The notes under the pieces: model-generated
The model's input: the letters and a program-made list of their open reading frames with translations, nothing else
The model's database searches: none
Told to the model about the DNA's origin: nothing
Source: an uncultured Alphaproteobacteria bacterium
Lineage (GTDB): Bacteria > Pseudomonadota > Alphaproteobacteria > HIMB59 > GCA-002718135
Direction of reading: 5' to 3'
NCBI GenBank assembly: GCA_902615625.1
Contig: CACMPM010000004.1
Span: 10,290-74,289 of the forward strand
Length of the DNA stretch: 64,000 nucleotides
Shown here: piece after piece, positions 1 through 12,315 of the stretch
Numbering within the stretch: position 1 is the first letter of the stretch
How the letters are laid out: the number at the start of each line of letters is the position of its first letter
Made by a program: the position numbers and the translations under genes

Positions 1-269
1 GGTTCTTCTTGTTTATCAAGTAGAACTGCAGCGTTTTTATCAAATCTAATAGCAGAGCCATCAGATCTTTTAAAATCTTTTGAAGTTCTGACTATTACTG
101 CTTTGTACACATCACCCTTTTTTACTTTTGACCTAGGTAAAGCATCTTTAATTGAGACAACGATTATATCGCCAATTGAAGCAGATCTTCTTTTAGAACC
201 TCCCAATACTTTTATACATTGTATGGTTCTTGCGCCTGAATTATCTGCAACAAATAGTTTTGATTGCAT
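1..269 (-). CDS. rplN: 50S ribosomal protein L14 (C-terminal part runs off the left window edge)
   Basis: Truncated, so not in the ORF track. My reverse-strand translation from the ATG at 269-267 gives [89 protein letters not shown]..., which has the L14 hallmark ADNSGAR..KVLGG..VKKGDV..AV.VRT. It lies 5 nt downstream of rpsQ, as in the spc operon. Confidence 0.93.
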   Translation of the reverse strand, partial: MQSKLFVADNSGARTIQCIKVLGGSKRRSASIGDIIVVSIKDALPRSKVKKGDVYKAVIVRTSKDFKRSDGSAIRFDKNAAVLLDKQEE

Positions 270-274
270 TTGAA

Positions 275-520
275 TCACGATTTTTCTCCTATGTTTGAGA
301 TCGCTCTCCATTTTTTTAACTTTGATATTGGTTTAGACTCAATTATTGAAACCATATCCCCAACATTAAACTCATTATTCTCATCGTGTGCATGATATTT
401 TTTTGTTTGCCTAATTATTTTTTTATAAAGTTTGTGTTTAATTCTTCTAGTTACATCAACAGTAATAGTTTTATTAGCGTTTGAAGAAACAACTACTCCT
501 GATAAAATTCTTTTAGGCAT
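275..520 (-). CDS. rpsQ: 30S ribosomal protein S17
   Basis: 81 aa. [19 protein letters not shown]...[17 protein letters not shown] is typical S17. Its operon position is after rpmC. Confidence 0.95.
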   Translation of the reverse strand: MPKRILSGVVVSSNANKTITVDVTRRIKHKLYKKIIRQTKKYHAHDENNEFNVGDMVSIIESKPISKLKKWRAISNIGEKS

Positions 521-707
521 TCTTACCTCTATTTATATTTGACAATTTAGTATTTAATCTAGCAATTTGTTTTTTTGTATCTTTAATTCTAGATGTTTTT
601 TCTAACTGACCAGAAGATTTTTGAAAATTTAAGTTCATTAATGTTTTCTTTAAGTTCAATATTTCATCCTTAATTTTATTGTTGTCTATGTTAACTTTTT
701 TATTCAT
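513..707 (-). CDS. rpmC: 50S ribosomal protein L29
   Basis: 64-aa basic helical protein between rplP and rpsQ. It overlaps rpsQ by 8 nt. Confidence 0.9.
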   Translation of the reverse strand: MNKKVNIDNNKIKDEILNLKKTLMNLNFQKSSGQLEKTSRIKDTKKQIARLNTKLSNINRGKNA

Positions 708-1123
708 TAGATATTTCTTTCAACAAATTTACATTTAATCGGAAGTTTTGCAGCTGCTAAAGTCATAGCCTTTCGAGCATCATTTATATTTACACCATCA
801 ACTTCAAACATAATTCTCCCTGGTTTCACTCTACAAGCCCAGTATTCAATTGAGCCTTTTCCTTTACCCATTCTTACCTCAGCTGGTTTCTTTGATACTG
901 GAACATCTGGAAAGATTCTAATCCACATTCTACCTGCTCTTTTCAAATATCTTGTTATTGCCTTTCTTGCAGCTTCAATTTGTCTTGAAGTAACTCTTTC
1001 TGGCTCCATAGCCTTTAAACCAAAACTACCATAATTAAGAGCGTAGTTACCTTTAGAAGTACCATGAATTCTACCTTTAAATTGTTTTCTAAATTTAGTT
1101 TTCTTCGGTGATAACATATTCAT
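707..1123 (-). CDS. rplP: 50S ribosomal protein L16
   Basis: 138 aa with the N-terminus [16 protein letters not shown] typical of L16. It overlaps both neighbours by 1 nt. Confidence 0.96.
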   Translation of the reverse strand: MNMLSPKKTKFRKQFKGRIHGTSKGNYALNYGSFGLKAMEPERVTSRQIEAARKAITRYLKRAGRMWIRIFPDVPVSKKPAEVRMGKGKGSIEYWACRVKPGRIMFEVDGVNINDARKAMTLAAAKLPIKCKFVERNI

Positions 1124-1800
1124 TATCTAACACTCCCTTGATCAATCTGTTTTTTCTCACTTGCATATGGGTCTTTTAATAATATTTCACCTTTATTGAT
1201 CCAAACTTTAATTCCACAGATCCCATAGGTTGTTTCTGCTTCTGCAGTAGCATAATCTATATCACCTCTAAGCGTATGCAATGGAACACTGCCTTCGTGA
1301 TACTTTTCGGTTCTAGCAATTTCTGCACCACCTAATCTTCCACTGCAAACAACTTTTACTCCTTTAGCTCCCAATCGCATTGCTGATTGCACAGCTTTTT
1401 TCATTGCTCTTCTAAATGATATTCTTTTTTCTAACTGAGATGCAATGTTTTCTGCAACTAATCTTGCTTCTACTTCTGGTTTCCTTACTTCTTTTATATC
1501 AAGAAATACTTCAAGATTTGACATTTTAGAAAGATCATTTTTTAGTGATTCAATATCTGCACCCTTTTTTCCAATAATAATTCCAGGCCTTGAACTATAG
1601 ATAGATAGTCTTAATTTTTTAGCGGCTCTTTCAATATTAATTTTTGAAATACTTGCATTCTTTAATTTTTTTTCTACATATTTTTTTATTTGCAAATCTT
1701 GATGTAATAACTTTGTATATTCATTTTTGGAAAACCATCTTGATGACCAGGTTTTGTTGATACCTAGTCTGATGCCGTAAGGATTTACTTTTTGTCCCAT
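1123..1800 (-). CDS. rpsC: 30S ribosomal protein S3
   Basis: 225 aa. [14 protein letters not shown] is the S3 N-terminus, followed by a KH domain. Confidence 0.96.
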   Translation of the reverse strand: MGQKVNPYGIRLGINKTWSSRWFSKNEYTKLLHQDLQIKKYVEKKLKNASISKINIERAAKKLRLSIYSSRPGIIIGKKGADIESLKNDLSKMSNLEVFLDIKEVRKPEVEARLVAENIASQLEKRISFRRAMKKAVQSAMRLGAKGVKVVCSGRLGGAEIARTEKYHEGSVPLHTLRGDIDYATAEAETTYGICGIKVWINKGEILLKDPYASEKKQIDQGSVR

Positions 1801-2168
1801 TATTTATTTTCCTTATTTATTTCTGTTCTTTCCTCAACAACGATTGTCACTTTACTAAATGGTTTGATGATAGAAGCAGCTCTACCTTTTGCTCGAGGTC
1901 TCCACCTTTTCATTCTTAAACTTTTGCCTACAAAGGCTTCTTTAACAAAAAGTTTGTCTATGTCTAGTTGCTTATTGTTTTCTGCATTTGCAACAGCAGC
2001 ATTAAGTACTTTTAAAATTGTTCCAGATACTCTTTTGGAAGAAAACTTTAATTGATTAATTGCTGAGCTAACCTTCATATTTACAATACCATTAACTAAA
2101 ATAGTTAGTTTTGTCGGACTTATTCTTACCATATTATCTTTAGCAATTGCTGTTAGATTTTCGTTCAT
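1800..2168 (-). CDS. rplV: 50S ribosomal protein L22
   Basis: 122 aa in the operon position between rpsS and rpsC. The basic C-terminal hairpin region [13 protein letters not shown] is L22-like. Confidence 0.93.
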   Translation of the reverse strand: MNENLTAIAKDNMVRISPTKLTILVNGIVNMKVSSAINQLKFSSKRVSGTILKVLNAAVANAENNKQLDIDKLFVKEAFVGKSLRMKRWRPRAKGRAASIIKPFSKVTIVVEERTEINKENK

Positions 2169-2446
2169 TTCTGTTCCGCTTTCTTGTCTGCAGCTGTATG
2201 CCCTTTAAATGACCTAGTAGGAGAAAATTCACCTAATTTGTGACCAACCATCTGTTCATTAACTGTTACTGGAACAAATTTTTGCCCATTGTAAACACCG
2301 AAAGTTAATCCTACAAATTGTGGAAGAATAGTTGATCTTCTAGACCAAGTTTTTAAAACTTCCTTTCTTCCAGATAGAGATAATTTTTCAGCTTTCTTAA
2401 TTAATGTAATATCTACAAAAGGACCTTTCCAAACTGATCTAGTCAT
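2165..2446 (-). CDS. rpsS: 30S ribosomal protein S19
   Basis: 93 aa with the S19 signature SVWKGPFVD...[16 protein letters not shown]. Confidence 0.96.
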   Translation of the reverse strand: MTRSVWKGPFVDITLIKKAEKLSLSGRKEVLKTWSRRSTILPQFVGLTFGVYNGQKFVPVTVNEQMVGHKLGEFSPTRSFKGHTAADKKAEQK

Positions 2447-3267
2447 TATTTTTTCTTCCTTCTAATTATAAAAATGTCGGTTTTTTTGTTATTTCTTGTT
2501 TTTTTACCTTTAGTCGAGACACCCCAAGGAGTAACAGGATCTCTACCTCCAGATGTTCTTCCTTCTCCACCACCGTGTGGATGATCAACAGGATTCATCA
2601 CAACACCTCTTACTTTTGGTCTAAATCCTAAATACCTTTTTCTACCAGCCTTACCTAGTTTGATATTTTTTTGGTCAGAATTGGATACCTCACCTATTGT
2701 AGCTCTACAATTTTTATTAATATGTCTTATTTCACCTGAAATTAATTTTATTTGAACGTAGGGTTGCTCTTTGGATACAATCTGTGCAGAGGAACCTGCA
2801 GATCTAATTAACTGTCCTCCTGCTCCAGGTTTTAGTTCAACATTATGAATATTAGTACCAACAGGTATATTATTTAAAGGTAAAGAGTTTCCATTTTTAA
2901 TTGCAACGTTTTCACCTGAAACTATTTTTTCACCAATTTTAATATTTTTAGGAGAAATTATATAATTATGCTCACCATCTTCATATTTTATTAAAGATAT
3001 AAAAGCTGATCGGTTTGGATCGTATTCATTTCTAATTACTTCTGCAAAAATATCAGTTTTAGATCTTTTAAAGTCTATAACTCTATATTTTCTTTTTACT
3101 CCTCCACCCATTCTTCTTGAAGTGATTCTTCCTTGATTATTTCTTCCTCCAGTAGATTTAAACTTTTTTGTTAGAGATTTATGAGGTTTTTCTTTAGAAA
3201 GTTCTTTTTTTGAGACTAGTACAGTGCCTCTCAAACCTGGTGTTGTTGGTTTAAACTTTAATAACAT
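2446..3267 (-). CDS. rplB: 50S ribosomal protein L2
   Basis: 273 aa with the L2 motif [18 protein letters not shown]. Confidence 0.97.
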   Translation of the reverse strand: MLLKFKPTTPGLRGTVLVSKKELSKEKPHKSLTKKFKSTGGRNNQGRITSRRMGGGVKRKYRVIDFKRSKTDIFAEVIRNEYDPNRSAFISLIKYEDGEHNYIISPKNIKIGEKIVSGENVAIKNGNSLPLNNIPVGTNIHNVELKPGAGGQLIRSAGSSAQIVSKEQPYVQIKLISGEIRHINKNCRATIGEVSNSDQKNIKLGKAGRKRYLGFRPKVRGVVMNPVDHPHGGGEGRTSGGRDPVTPWGVSTKGKKTRNNKKTDIFIIRRKKK

Positions 3268-3584
3268 TACTTTATCTCCAATGATGAGTCTATTGTATTA
3301 CCTTCGCCTAGTGTCACTATAGCTCTTTTGGTATCTTTCCTAAAACCATATTGACCCTTAAATGTTTTACCTTTACCTCTTAAAATTGATGTATTTACTT
3401 TGCTTACTTTAACTTTGAAAATAGTCTCAATCGCATTTTTAATCTCAAAAGAATTTGAATTTTTAGATACTATAAAAGAATATTGGTTAAACTGTTGTAA
3501 GTTAGTTGATTTTTCAGTTGTTATAGGTCTTTTTATAATTTCGTAAGCTTGATCAAGAGAAATCTGTTTAAATTTATTTTTCAT
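3267..3584 (-). CDS. rplW: 50S ribosomal protein L23
   Basis: 105 aa in the position between rplD and rpl[12 protein letters not shown] is L23-like. Confidence 0.92.
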   Translation of the reverse strand: MKNKFKQISLDQAYEIIKRPITTEKSTNLQQFNQYSFIVSKNSNSFEIKNAIETIFKVKVSKVNTSILRGKGKTFKGQYGFRKDTKRAIVTLGEGNTIDSSLEIK

Positions 3585-4204
3585 GAGAGCCTCTTTGTTA
3601 TTTCGTTTAAAGATTTTTGCTCTATAAATATTTTATCAAAAATAATCAAATCTTTAACATTAATACCCTTTTGACTTAGTATTGATACTTTAGGTATGTT
3701 AGCAGATGCTAATTTAAAATTTTTATCTATTCCACTTTCAGAGTGAATAAATAAAGCAGATTTATAGTCAAATTGTTTAAGATCTGAGTGTAGTTCTTTT
3801 GTTTTAAAACTTTTAATTTCAAAAGTATCAATAATAACAACTTTGTCATCTAATAACTTTGTAGATAGAGCAGATTTTAGAGCTAATTTTTTTTCTTTTT
3901 TGTTTAAACTAAAAGAATAATCTCTATTTTGAGGACCCATAGAAACAGCTCCACCTCTAAAGTTTGGAGGTTTATTACTACCCTGTCTAGCATTACCAGT
4001 TCCTTTTTGTGAAAAAGGTTTTTTACTACGTCCGCTTACTTCAGATCTATTTTTAGTTTTATGTGAACCTTGCCTAGACTTGGCATTTTGGTACCTAATG
4101 TATTGATGTATCAAATCAGGAAAAGTTTTTATCCCAAATATATTTGAATCTAGGTTAATATCTCCTACGGATTTATTTTTTAAATTAAGAACTGATATTT
4201 TCAT
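3581..4204 (-). CDS. rplD: 50S ribosomal protein L4
   Basis: 207 aa with the L4 motif KPFSQKGTGNARQGS. Confidence 0.95.
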   Translation of the reverse strand: MKISVLNLKNKSVGDINLDSNIFGIKTFPDLIHQYIRYQNAKSRQGSHKTKNRSEVSGRSKKPFSQKGTGNARQGSNKPPNFRGGAVSMGPQNRDYSFSLNKKEKKLALKSALSTKLLDDKVVIIDTFEIKSFKTKELHSDLKQFDYKSALFIHSESGIDKNFKLASANIPKVSILSQKGINVKDLIIFDKIFIEQKSLNEITKRLS

Positions 4205-4848
4205 TTTGATTTTTTAACTGAGTCTTTTAGATAAACAATTGAATTTTTTTTACCTGGCACTGAACCTTTAACCATTAAAAGATTATTTTCAATATCAACA
4301 TCAATAACTTTTAAGTTTTGTTTAGTTACTTTTTTATTACCCATTCTACCGGCCATCTTTTTACCTTTAAAAACTCTGCCAGGATCTTGGTTTTGACCAG
4401 TTGATCCATGGGATCTATGTGAAATAGACACACCATGAGATGCCCTAAGACCACCAAAATTATGTCTTTTCATTACACCTGCAAAACCTTTACCTATGGA
4501 GATACTGCTTGCGTCAACAAATTGATCTACTTTAAAATGATTTACATCAAGTTTAGTTCCAACTTCTAAAATATTATTATTATCAACTCTAAATTCTTTT
4601 ATAATTTTTTTTGGTTTAATATTAATTGATGAGAAAATTTTTCTTTGTGGTTTATTGATATGTGATATGTCTTTATCAGTTTCAATTGAGGTGAGCTGAA
4701 CAGCATTATATCCATCTTTGTCAGTAGTTTTAACACTAGCCACTATACATTCATCAACTTTCAAAATAGTTACATGTGTATTCTTTCCATCTTCATGATA
4801 GAATGAACTATTACCAATCTTTGTAGCTATTAAACCCGATCTAAGCAT
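4201..4848 (-). CDS. rplC: 50S ribosomal protein L3
   Basis: 215 aa with the L3 motif GKGFAGVMKRHNFGG. Confidence 0.95.
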   Translation of the reverse strand: MLRSGLIATKIGNSSFYHEDGKNTHVTILKVDECIVASVKTTDKDGYNAVQLTSIETDKDISHINKPQRKIFSSINIKPKKIIKEFRVDNNNILEVGTKLDVNHFKVDQFVDASSISIGKGFAGVMKRHNFGGLRASHGVSISHRSHGSTGQNQDPGRVFKGKKMAGRMGNKKVTKQNLKVIDVDIENNLLMVKGSVPGKKNSIVYLKDSVKKSK

Positions 4849-4849
4849 T

Positions 4850-5158
4850 TTAAATTTTTATATCCACCTCTACTCCTGCAGACAAGTCTAGCTTCATTAA
4901 CGCATCAACAGTCTGAGGTGTGGGATCTATTATGTCTAAAAGACGATTATGTGTTCTAATTTCTAATTGGTCTCTACTTTTTTTATCGATATGCGGTGAT
5001 TTGTTTACAGTAAACCTCTCAAATCTCGTGGGAAGTGGGATGGGTCCTTTAACTTTTGCACCTGTTCTCTTAGCAGTATTAATAATATCTTGTGTACTAG
5101 TATCTAAAAGAGAGTTATCATAACCTTTAAGTCTAATTCTAATATTTTGATTTTCCAT
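4850..5158 (-). CDS. rpsJ: 30S ribosomal protein S10
   Basis: 102 aa. IRIRLKGYD...KGPIPLPT is S10. It starts 1 nt after the fusA stop. Confidence 0.96.
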   Translation of the reverse strand: MENQNIRIRLKGYDNSLLDTSTQDIINTAKRTGAKVKGPIPLPTRFERFTVNKSPHIDKKSRDQLEIRTHNRLLDIIDPTPQTVDALMKLDLSAGVEVDIKI

Positions 5159-5159
5159 A

Positions 5160-7238
5160 TTATGCTAATTTTGCCTTTACTTCCTCAGCAACATTTGAGG
5201 GAACTTCTTCATAATGATCAAACTGCATAGTATAATTAGCTCTTCCTTGAGACAATGATCTTAGGTTATTTACATACCCAAACATATTTGCAAGTGGAAC
5301 CATTGCATCTACAACATTTGCGTTACCTCTAGTAGACATCTCTTGAACTTGACCCCTTCTACTGTTTAGGTCACCTATAACATCTCCCATATACTCTTCA
5401 GGAGTTACAACTTCAACTTTCATCATAGGTTCAAGTAATACTGGTTTGGCTTTGGCTATACCTTCTCTAAATGCAGCCCTCGATGCGATTTCAAAAGCAA
5501 GTACACTTGAATCTACATCGTGATAAGCACCATCATATAAAGTGGCTTTAAAGTCTATACATGGGAATCCAGCAATAACACCGGTTTGTTGTTGAGCAAT
5601 AAGACCTTTTTCAACTCCAGGTATATGTTCAGTAGGTATATTTCCACCTTTAATTTGATTAATAAATTCATAACCACTTCCAGGTTCTCCAGGTTCAAAT
5701 TTAATTTTAACTCTTGCAAATTGACCAGCACCACCAGATTGTTTTTTATGCGTATAATCGACGTCGTATGTGTTTGAAATTGTTTCTCGGTAAGCAACTT
5801 GCGGTGCCCCAACGTTTGCTTCTACTTTAAACTCCCTTTTCATCCTATCAACTAGAATTTCAAGATGAAGTTCACCCATACCTTTGATTATAGTTTGGCC
5901 ACTTTCGTGATCAGTGGTGACTCTAAAACTAGGATCTTCTTGAGCTAATCTTCCAAGAGCTTGACCCATTTTTTCATGATCAACCTTAGTTTTGGGCTCA
6001 ACAGCTACTTCAATTACAGGATCAGGAAAATCCATTTTTTCTAAAACTATTGGATTATCAGATGCGCATAAAGTCTCACCTGTTGTAACATCTTTAAGTC
6101 CAACTAGAGCAACAATATCACCAGCGTTAGCTGTTTTTAATTCTTCTCTATTATTTGCGTGCATTAATAGCATTCTACCTATATTTTCTTTTTTTCCTGA
6201 ATTAGAATTTAGAACACTATCTTTTGTATTAATTGATCCTGAATAAATTCTAGCGAATGTCAAACTTCCAACAAATGGATCGGTCATTATTTTAAAAGCT
6301 AATGCACTAAAAGGTTCATTATCTGCACATTTTCTTGTTAATTCTTTAGAGTCATCATCAATGTCAACACCTTTTACATTTGCAACATCCGTAGGTGATG
6401 GCATATAGTCAATAACTGCATCTAAAAGAGGTTGGACACCTTTATTTTTAAATGCTGACCCAGTTAAAACAGGAACAAATGAGCCATTTAAAGTACCTTT
6501 TCTAATACATAACTTAAGTTCTTCAATGGTTGGTTCGTTACCTTCTAGGTAATTTTCCATTATTGAGTCATCTTCCTCTACAGCTTTTTCAATTAATTTT
6601 AGTCTATACTCTGCCGATTGCTCTTTAAGATCGTCAGGTATTTCAACAATATCAAATTTAGCTCCTAAACTTTCGTCTTGCCAAACTATGGCATTATTCG
6701 AAACTAAATCTACGACACCCTTAAGATTACTCTCAATGCCAATTGGTAACTGTGTAACTAATGGATAGGAGCCTAAACGATCTGAAATCATATCAACACA
6801 CATAAAAAAGTTAGCGCCTGTTCTGTCTAACTTGTTTACAAAGCACATTCTGGGAACTTTATATTTATCTGCTTGTCTCCAGACAGTTTCAGATTGAGGC
6901 TCAACGCCCGCAACTCCATCAAAAACAGCAACAGCTCCATCTAAAACTTTTAGTGACCGTTCAACTTCTATGGTAAAATCAACGTGCCCCGGTGTATCTA
7001 TTATATTAATTCTATGATCTTTCCAAAAACATGTTGTAGCAGCTGAAGTGATAGTTATACCTCTTTCCTGTTCTTGTTCCATCCAATCCATTGTTGCAGC
7101 TCCATCATGAACTTCACCAATTTTATGTGATTTACCTGTATAGTATAAGATCCTTTCAGTGGTTGTTGTTTTACCAGCATCAATATGAGCCATGATACCA
7201 ATGTTTCTGTATTTTGATAATGGGTGAGATCTAGTCAT
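5160..7238 (-). CDS. fusA: elongation factor G
   Basis: 692 aa with the GTPase motifs [23 protein letters not shown] and NKLD. Confidence 0.98.
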   Translation of the reverse strand: MTRSHPLSKYRNIGIMAHIDAGKTTTTERILYYTGKSHKIGEVHDGAATMDWMEQEQERGITITSAATTCFWKDHRINIIDTPGHVDFTIEVERSLKVLDGAVAVFDGVAGVEPQSETVWRQADKYKVPRMCFVNKLDRTGANFFMCVDMISDRLGSYPLVTQLPIGIESNLKGVVDLVSNNAIVWQDESLGAKFDIVEIPDDLKEQSAEYRLKLIEKAVEEDDSIMENYLEGNEPTIEELKLCIRKGTLNGSFVPVLTGSAFKNKGVQPLLDAVIDYMPSPTDVANVKGVDIDDDSKELTRKCADNEPFSALAFKIMTDPFVGSLTFARIYSGSINTKDSVLNSNSGKKENIGRMLLMHANNREELKTANAGDIVALVGLKDVTTGETLCASDNPIVLEKMDFPDPVIEVAVEPKTKVDHEKMGQALGRLAQEDPSFRVTTDHESGQTIIKGMGELHLEILVDRMKREFKVEANVGAPQVAYRETISNTYDVDYTHKKQSGGAGQFARVKIKFEPGEPGSGYEFINQIKGGNIPTEHIPGVEKGLIAQQQTGVIAGFPCIDFKATLYDGAYHDVDSSVLAFEIASRAAFREGIAKAKPVLLEPMMKVEVVTPEEYMGDVIGDLNSRRGQVQEMSTRGNANVVDAMVPLANMFGYVNNLRSLSQGRANYTMQFDHYEEVPSNVAEEVKAKLA

Positions 7239-7244
7239 ATTTTT

Positions 7245-7715
7245 TTACCATCGGAAATGAGAGAATGCTCTATTTGCATCTGCCATTTTATGAGTTTCTT
7301 CTCTTTTCTTTACGGCATTTCCTTTATTATTAAATGCATCAATGATTTCATTTGCAACTCTTTCTTTCATAGTTTTTTCATTTCTTTTTGTTGCAGAGTC
7401 GACAATCCATTTCATCGCTAGAGTTTGAGCTCTTTTCGGTCTAACTTCCATTGGTACTTGATATGTTGCTCCCCCAACTCTTCTAGATCTAACCTCTAAA
7501 GATGGTTTAACATTGTTTAGTGCTTCATGAAAAAATTCTATAGCCTCTTTGTCAGTCTTTTTTGATACTAAGTCAAAAGCACCATAGACAATTTTTTCTG
7601 AAGTAGATTTTTTACCATCAAGCATTATCCTGTTCATAAATTTAGCTAAAACCAAGTCCTTAAATTTATGATCAGGAAGTATAGTTCTTTTTTCAGCTGC
7701 TCTTCTTCTAGACAT
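7245..7715 (-). CDS. rpsG: 30S ribosomal protein S7
   Basis: 156 aa in the str-operon position. It ends in ...AFSHFRW, typical of S7. Confidence 0.96.
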   Translation of the reverse strand: MSRRRAAEKRTILPDHKFKDLVLAKFMNRIMLDGKKSTSEKIVYGAFDLVSKKTDKEAIEFFHEALNNVKPSLEVRSRRVGGATYQVPMEVRPKRAQTLAMKWIVDSATKRNEKTMKERVANEIIDAFNNKGNAVKKREETHKMADANRAFSHFRW

Positions 7716-7717
7716 AA

Positions 7718-8089
7718 TTATTTTGGCCTTTTAGCTCCATAGAGTGATCTTCTTTGTTTTCTTGAAGAAACTCCTTGTGTATCAAGTGTGCCTCTAAGTA
7801 TATGGTATCTAACTCCTGGTAGATCTTTAACTCTACCACCTCGTATTAATACAACTGAATGTTCTTGTAAGTTGTGACCCTCACCAGGAATATATGCTGA
7901 AACTTCTTGTCCATTAGTTAACTTTACTCTTGCAACTTTTCTAAGAGCCGAATTTGGTTTTTTTGGAGTAGTTGTATAAACTCTTGTGCAGACACCTCTT
8001 TTTTGAGGACTTTTATCTAATGCAGGTACCTTGTTTCTCTTTTTAACAGTAGAACGTCCTTTTCTAACAAGTTGGTTTATTGTTGGCAT
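7718..8089 (-). CDS. rpsL: 30S ribosomal protein S12
   Basis: 123 aa with [12 protein letters not shown] and [10 protein letters not shown], both S12 motifs. An AGGA Shine-Dalgarno lies upstream. Confidence 0.97.
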   Translation of the reverse strand: MPTINQLVRKGRSTVKKRNKVPALDKSPQKRGVCTRVYTTTPKKPNSALRKVARVKLTNGQEVSAYIPGEGHNLQEHSVVLIRGGRVKDLPGVRYHILRGTLDTQGVSSRKQRRSLYGAKRPK

Positions 8090-8149
8090 TTTATCCTTTA
8101 GTTAAGTGTTTGGATTTTACTCCACGACCTTTAACAAATCGTACGCGTC

Positions 8150-8176
8150 TTTATAAATTGATTACAATAAAGTCAA
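8150..8176 (-). promoter_or_regulatory. candidate sigma-70 promoter for rpsL-rpsG-fusA-S10 transcription
   Basis: In the 107-nt rpoC-rpsL spacer the minus strand reads TTGACT (8176-8171), a 15-nt spacer, then TATAAA (8155-8150). The spacer is short, and alternative -10 registers with 16-17 nt are weaker. This is sequence reading only. Confidence 0.4.
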
Positions 8177-8196
8177 GCATATATAACTAAAAATTG

Positions 8197-11100
8197 CTAA
8201 TTTTCTGTGTTTTTTGATTCATTTTTAGCGATTATTTCCTGATCTCTTTCAAAAGCGATATTTTCATAATCTGATGTCATTTTACCAGTACCAGCTGGGA
8301 TTAATCTACCCACAATAACATTCTCTTTAAGGCCATTTAGGGTATCAACTTTTCCAAGAGTAGCTGCGTCAGTTAATACTTTAGTAGTTTCTTGAAATGA
8401 AGCTGCAGAAATAAAAGAGTTTGTTTGTAAGCTAGCTTTAGTTATTCCAAGAAGAACTGGTTCATAAAGAACTTCTTTTTTATTTTCTTTAGACAAAGTA
8501 TTATTTATTTTTAAAACATCTCTTTTTTGAATTTGCTCACCTTCTATCAAATTTGAGTCACCAGGATCTTTAATAAGAACCTTTTGCAACATTTGTCTCG
8601 CTATTGTTTCAATATGCTTATCATTTATGTAAACACCTTGAAGTTTATAAACTGACTGGACTTCTCTAACAAGATATCTAGCTAATTCTTCAACGCCTAA
8701 GATTCTTAAGATATCATGAGGTACAGGAGTTCCTTCTACAAGAATGTCACCTCTTTTGACAAAGTCATTTTCTTGTACATTTAAATATTTCGACCGAGGT
8801 ATTAAGGTTTCAAAAGTTTCATTTTCATCTAAAGAAGTAATTATAACTCTTCTTTTATTTTTATAATCTTTACCAAATGAAATTTTGCCATCGATTTCAC
8901 ACATTATAGCAGGATCTTTTGGCTTTCTCGCTTCAAATAATTCTGCAACTCTTGGTAAACCGCCTGTAATATCTTTTGTTTTAGAAGATTCCTTAGGTAT
9001 TCTTGCTATAACTTGACCAGCAAAGACCTCTTGACCGTCTTCTACGCTTAAAATGGAATCGATTGACATCGGATAATTAGATAAGTTTTCTTCAGCCAAA
9101 TTGTCGTCTGATAAATTATCTACTATATTAATGGCAGGTTTAAAATTCTTGCTCTTCTGATTTTGACTCCAATCAATAACTATTTTACTAGAAATTCCAG
9201 TCGTATCATCAATTGATTCTCTAAATGAGATTCCTTGTTTCAAATCAAGATACTTTACAAATCCATTTCTTTCAGCAATTATTGGCAATGTGTACGGGTC
9301 CCATTCAGCTAATAGTTGATTATTTTCGACATTATCACCATTATTAACCAAAATCTTTGAACCAAAAGGTATAATTGATGAATATTTTTTATCTGTGCCA
9401 TTTATGATATTTATTTTTGCATTTCTACTTAAAACAATTTTGTTTTTAAATTTATCTTCAATAATTTTAATATTCTCTAATTCAATAGTTCCAGACACTG
9501 CTGCAGTTGCATTAGATTGCTCAACAGAAGAACTTGCAGCTCCACCAATATGAAAAGTTCTCATAGTTAATTGAGTACCAGGTTCTCCAATTGATTGTGC
9601 AGCAATAATACCTACAGCTTCACCAACGTTAACAGGAGTTCCTCTTGCTAGATCTCTGCCATAGCAAATTGAGCAAATTCCATCTTCTGTCTCACAAGTC
9701 AGTACTGATCTGATTTTTAACGATCTAATGCCTAGTTTTGCTATAGGATCCAAGTGTTTTTCAGAGATGATTTCTCCTGCATTGACAATAATATTTTGAT
9801 TTTCATCAATAATATTTTCAACTGGTGTTCTTCCTAATATTCTCTCAGTTAAAGGTGATGTTATATTTCCTGATTCAACTATTTCTTCAACTAATACTCC
9901 TTTTTTTGTGTGACAATCTAATTCTCTAATGACTGCATCTTGAGCTACATCTACTAATCTTCTAGTCAAATATCCACTACTTGCAGTTTTAAGTGCTGTG
10001 TCGGCAAGACCTTTGCGTGCGCCATGAGTGGAAGTAAAGTATTCTAGAACTGATAAACCTTCCTTAAAGTTTGACTTAATAGGGTTCTCGATAATTTCAC
10101 CAGAAGGTTTAGCCATTAAACCTCTCATTCCTGATAATTGCTTTAGTTGAGCTGCAGATCCTCGAGCACCAGAGTGTGCCATCATATAGACCGAGTTAAT
10201 TGGCTGATCATCAGAAGGGCTTGAAATTACTTCAAGCATTTTGTCAGCTACTTTATTTGTACATTCCGACCAAGCGTCTACAACTTTATTATATTTTTCA
10301 CCTTGAGTAATAAGTCCATCTTGATATTGATTTTCATATTCTTGAACTTTTAATTGAGTAGCGTTTAATAATTTGTTTTTGTCAGATGGAATAATGAGAT
10401 CATCTTTTCCAAATGAAATACCGGCTACTGCAGCATACTTAAAGCCGATTTGCATTATACGATCCGCAAACAATACAGTCTCTTTTTGTCCACAGAACCT
10501 ATAAACTGAATCAATTATGTTACTAACTTCTTTTTTTGTTAGTACTTTGTTTATCATTTCAAAGTTAATATTTTTGTTCTTAGGTAGAATATTTCCTAAT
10601 ATCATTCTCCCAGGAGTAGTCTCAACTTTGGATAAATTACCGTCATATGTTTCTATTCTTGCTATTATTTTTGAATGGAGTTTAACATCATTATTTTCTA
10701 AGGCTTTTAATATCTCATTTAAGTCAATAAACGTTCTTCTTTCTCCAATTTGTTTATCTCTACTTATTGATAAGTAATAGATTCCTAAAACTATATCTTG
10801 AGATGGCACTATAATAGGTTTACCACTAGAAGGTGATAGAATGTTATTAGTACTCATCATTAATACTCTAGCTTCGAGTTGAGCTTCTAAACTTAGAGGA
10901 ACATGGACTGCCATTTGATCTCCATCAAAATCTGCATTAAAAGCAGTACATACTAGCGGATGTAATTGAATTGATTTTCCTTCAATTAAAATTGGTTCAA
11001 ATGCTTGAATACCTAATCTATGAAGAGTAGGTGCTCTATTCAAAAGTACAGGATGTTCTCTAATAACTTCCTCCAATATATCCCAAACTCTTGGGTCTTC

Positions 11101-12315
11101 TTTTTCAACAAGTTTTTTTGCGGCTTTTATAGTATTTGCCCAACCGTAAATATCAAGTTTATGAAAAATAAAAGGTTTAAAAAGTTCTAGAGCCATCTTT
11201 TTTGGTATACCACATTGATGAAGTTTAAGATTTGGGCCTACAACAATTACTGATCTTCCTGAATAATCAACTCGTTTTCCTAATAGATTTTGCCTAAATC
11301 TTCCTTGTTTACCTTTGAGCATATCAGATAAAGATTTGAGAGGTCTTTTATTTGTAGATGTGATTACTCTACCTCTCCTTCCATTATCGAATAATGCATC
11401 AACAGACTCTTGAAGCATTCTTTTTTCATTCCTAATTATTATGTCAGGAGCTCTCAAATCTATTAATCTTTTTAATCTATTATTTCTATTAATTACTCTT
11501 CTATATAAGTCGTTTAAATCACTGGTTGCAAACCTACCTCCATCAAGCGGAACTAAGGGTCTTAATTCAGGTGGGATTACAGGTAAAACTCTCATAATCA
11601 TCCATTCTGGTTTGTTTTTTGAAACAATAAAGGATTCAATAAGTTTTAATCTTTTTGTAATTTTAGTTTTTTTTAATTCAGATTTTGTTTCTTTAAGATC
11701 AATTTTTAATTGATTATAATCGGTTTCAAGATCGATACTTAGTAGCATTTGTTCTATAGCTTCAGCTCCAATAGCTGCACTAAATGAGTCTTCTCCATAT
11801 TCATCTTGATAGTCAATATATTGTTCTTCTGATATTATTTCACCTTTATTTAGATCTGTTAAACCTGGCTCAACAACAATAAACTGTTCAAAATAGAGAA
11901 CTTTTTCAAGATTTTTTATTGTCATATCCAAGAGTGTAGCTATTCTACTTGGTAAAGACTTCATGAACCAAATATGAGAAACTGGAGCAGCCAATTCTAT
12001 ATGACCCATTCTATCTCTTCTTACTTTTGATAACGTAACTTCAACTCCACATTTTTCACAAATTATTCCTCTAAATTTCATTCTTTTGTATTTACCGCAT
12101 AAACACTCGTAGTCTTTTACTGGACCAAAAATTCTAGAGCAAAATAATCCATCTTTTTCAGGTTTAAATGTTCTATAATTTATAGTTTCAGGTTTTTTTA
12201 TTTCACCAAATGACCATGATCTAATATCATCTGGACTTGCAATTGATATTTTGAGGTTGTTAAAGTTTTGGACACCTTGATTCTGATTAAAAATTTTTGT
12301 GAGCTCTTTATTCAT
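8197..12315 (-). CDS. rpoC: DNA-directed RNA polymerase subunit beta-prime
   Basis: 1372 aa with the catalytic motif [12 protein letters not shown]. The N-terminal zinc-binding cysteines read CLCGKYKR...CEKCG. Confidence 0.98.
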   Translation of the reverse strand: MNKELTKIFNQNQGVQNFNNLKISIASPDDIRSWSFGEIKKPETINYRTFKPEKDGLFCSRIFGPVKDYECLCGKYKRMKFRGIICEKCGVEVTLSKVRRDRMGHIELAAPVSHIWFMKSLPSRIATLLDMTIKNLEKVLYFEQFIVVEPGLTDLNKGEIISEEQYIDYQDEYGEDSFSAAIGAEAIEQMLLSIDLETDYNQLKIDLKETKSELKKTKITKRLKLIESFIVSKNKPEWMIMRVLPVIPPELRPLVPLDGGRFATSDLNDLYRRVINRNNRLKRLIDLRAPDIIIRNEKRMLQESVDALFDNGRRGRVITSTNKRPLKSLSDMLKGKQGRFRQNLLGKRVDYSGRSVIVVGPNLKLHQCGIPKKMALELFKPFIFHKLDIYGWANTIKAAKKLVEKEDPRVWDILEEVIREHPVLLNRAPTLHRLGIQAFEPILIEGKSIQLHPLVCTAFNADFDGDQMAVHVPLSLEAQLEARVLMMSTNNILSPSSGKPIIVPSQDIVLGIYYLSISRDKQIGERRTFIDLNEILKALENNDVKLHSKIIARIETYDGNLSKVETTPGRMILGNILPKNKNINFEMINKVLTKKEVSNIIDSVYRFCGQKETVLFADRIMQIGFKYAAVAGISFGKDDLIIPSDKNKLLNATQLKVQEYENQYQDGLITQGEKYNKVVDAWSECTNKVADKMLEVISSPSDDQPINSVYMMAHSGARGSAAQLKQLSGMRGLMAKPSGEIIENPIKSNFKEGLSVLEYFTSTHGARKGLADTALKTASSGYLTRRLVDVAQDAVIRELDCHTKKGVLVEEIVESGNITSPLTERILGRTPVENIIDENQNIIVNAGEIISEKHLDPIAKLGIRSLKIRSVLTCETEDGICSICYGRDLARGTPVNVGEAVGIIAAQSIGEPGTQLTMRTFHIGGAASSSVEQSNATAAVSGTIELENIKIIEDKFKNKIVLSRNAKINIINGTDKKYSSIIPFGSKILVNNGDNVENNQLLAEWDPYTLPIIAERNGFVKYLDLKQGISFRESIDDTTGISSKIVIDWSQNQKSKNFKPAINIVDNLSDDNLAEENLSNYPMSIDSILSVEDGQEVFAGQVIARIPKESSKTKDITGGLPRVAELFEARKPKDPAIMCEIDGKISFGKDYKNKRRVIITSLDENETFETLIPRSKYLNVQENDFVKRGDILVEGTPVPHDILRILGVEELARYLVREVQSVYKLQGVYINDKHIETIARQMLQKVLIKDPGDSNLIEGEQIQKRDVLKINNTLSKENKKEVLYEPVLLGITKASLQTNSFISAASFQETTKVLTDAATLGKVDTLNGLKENVIVGRLIPAGTGKMTSDYENIAFERDQEIIAKNESKNTEN

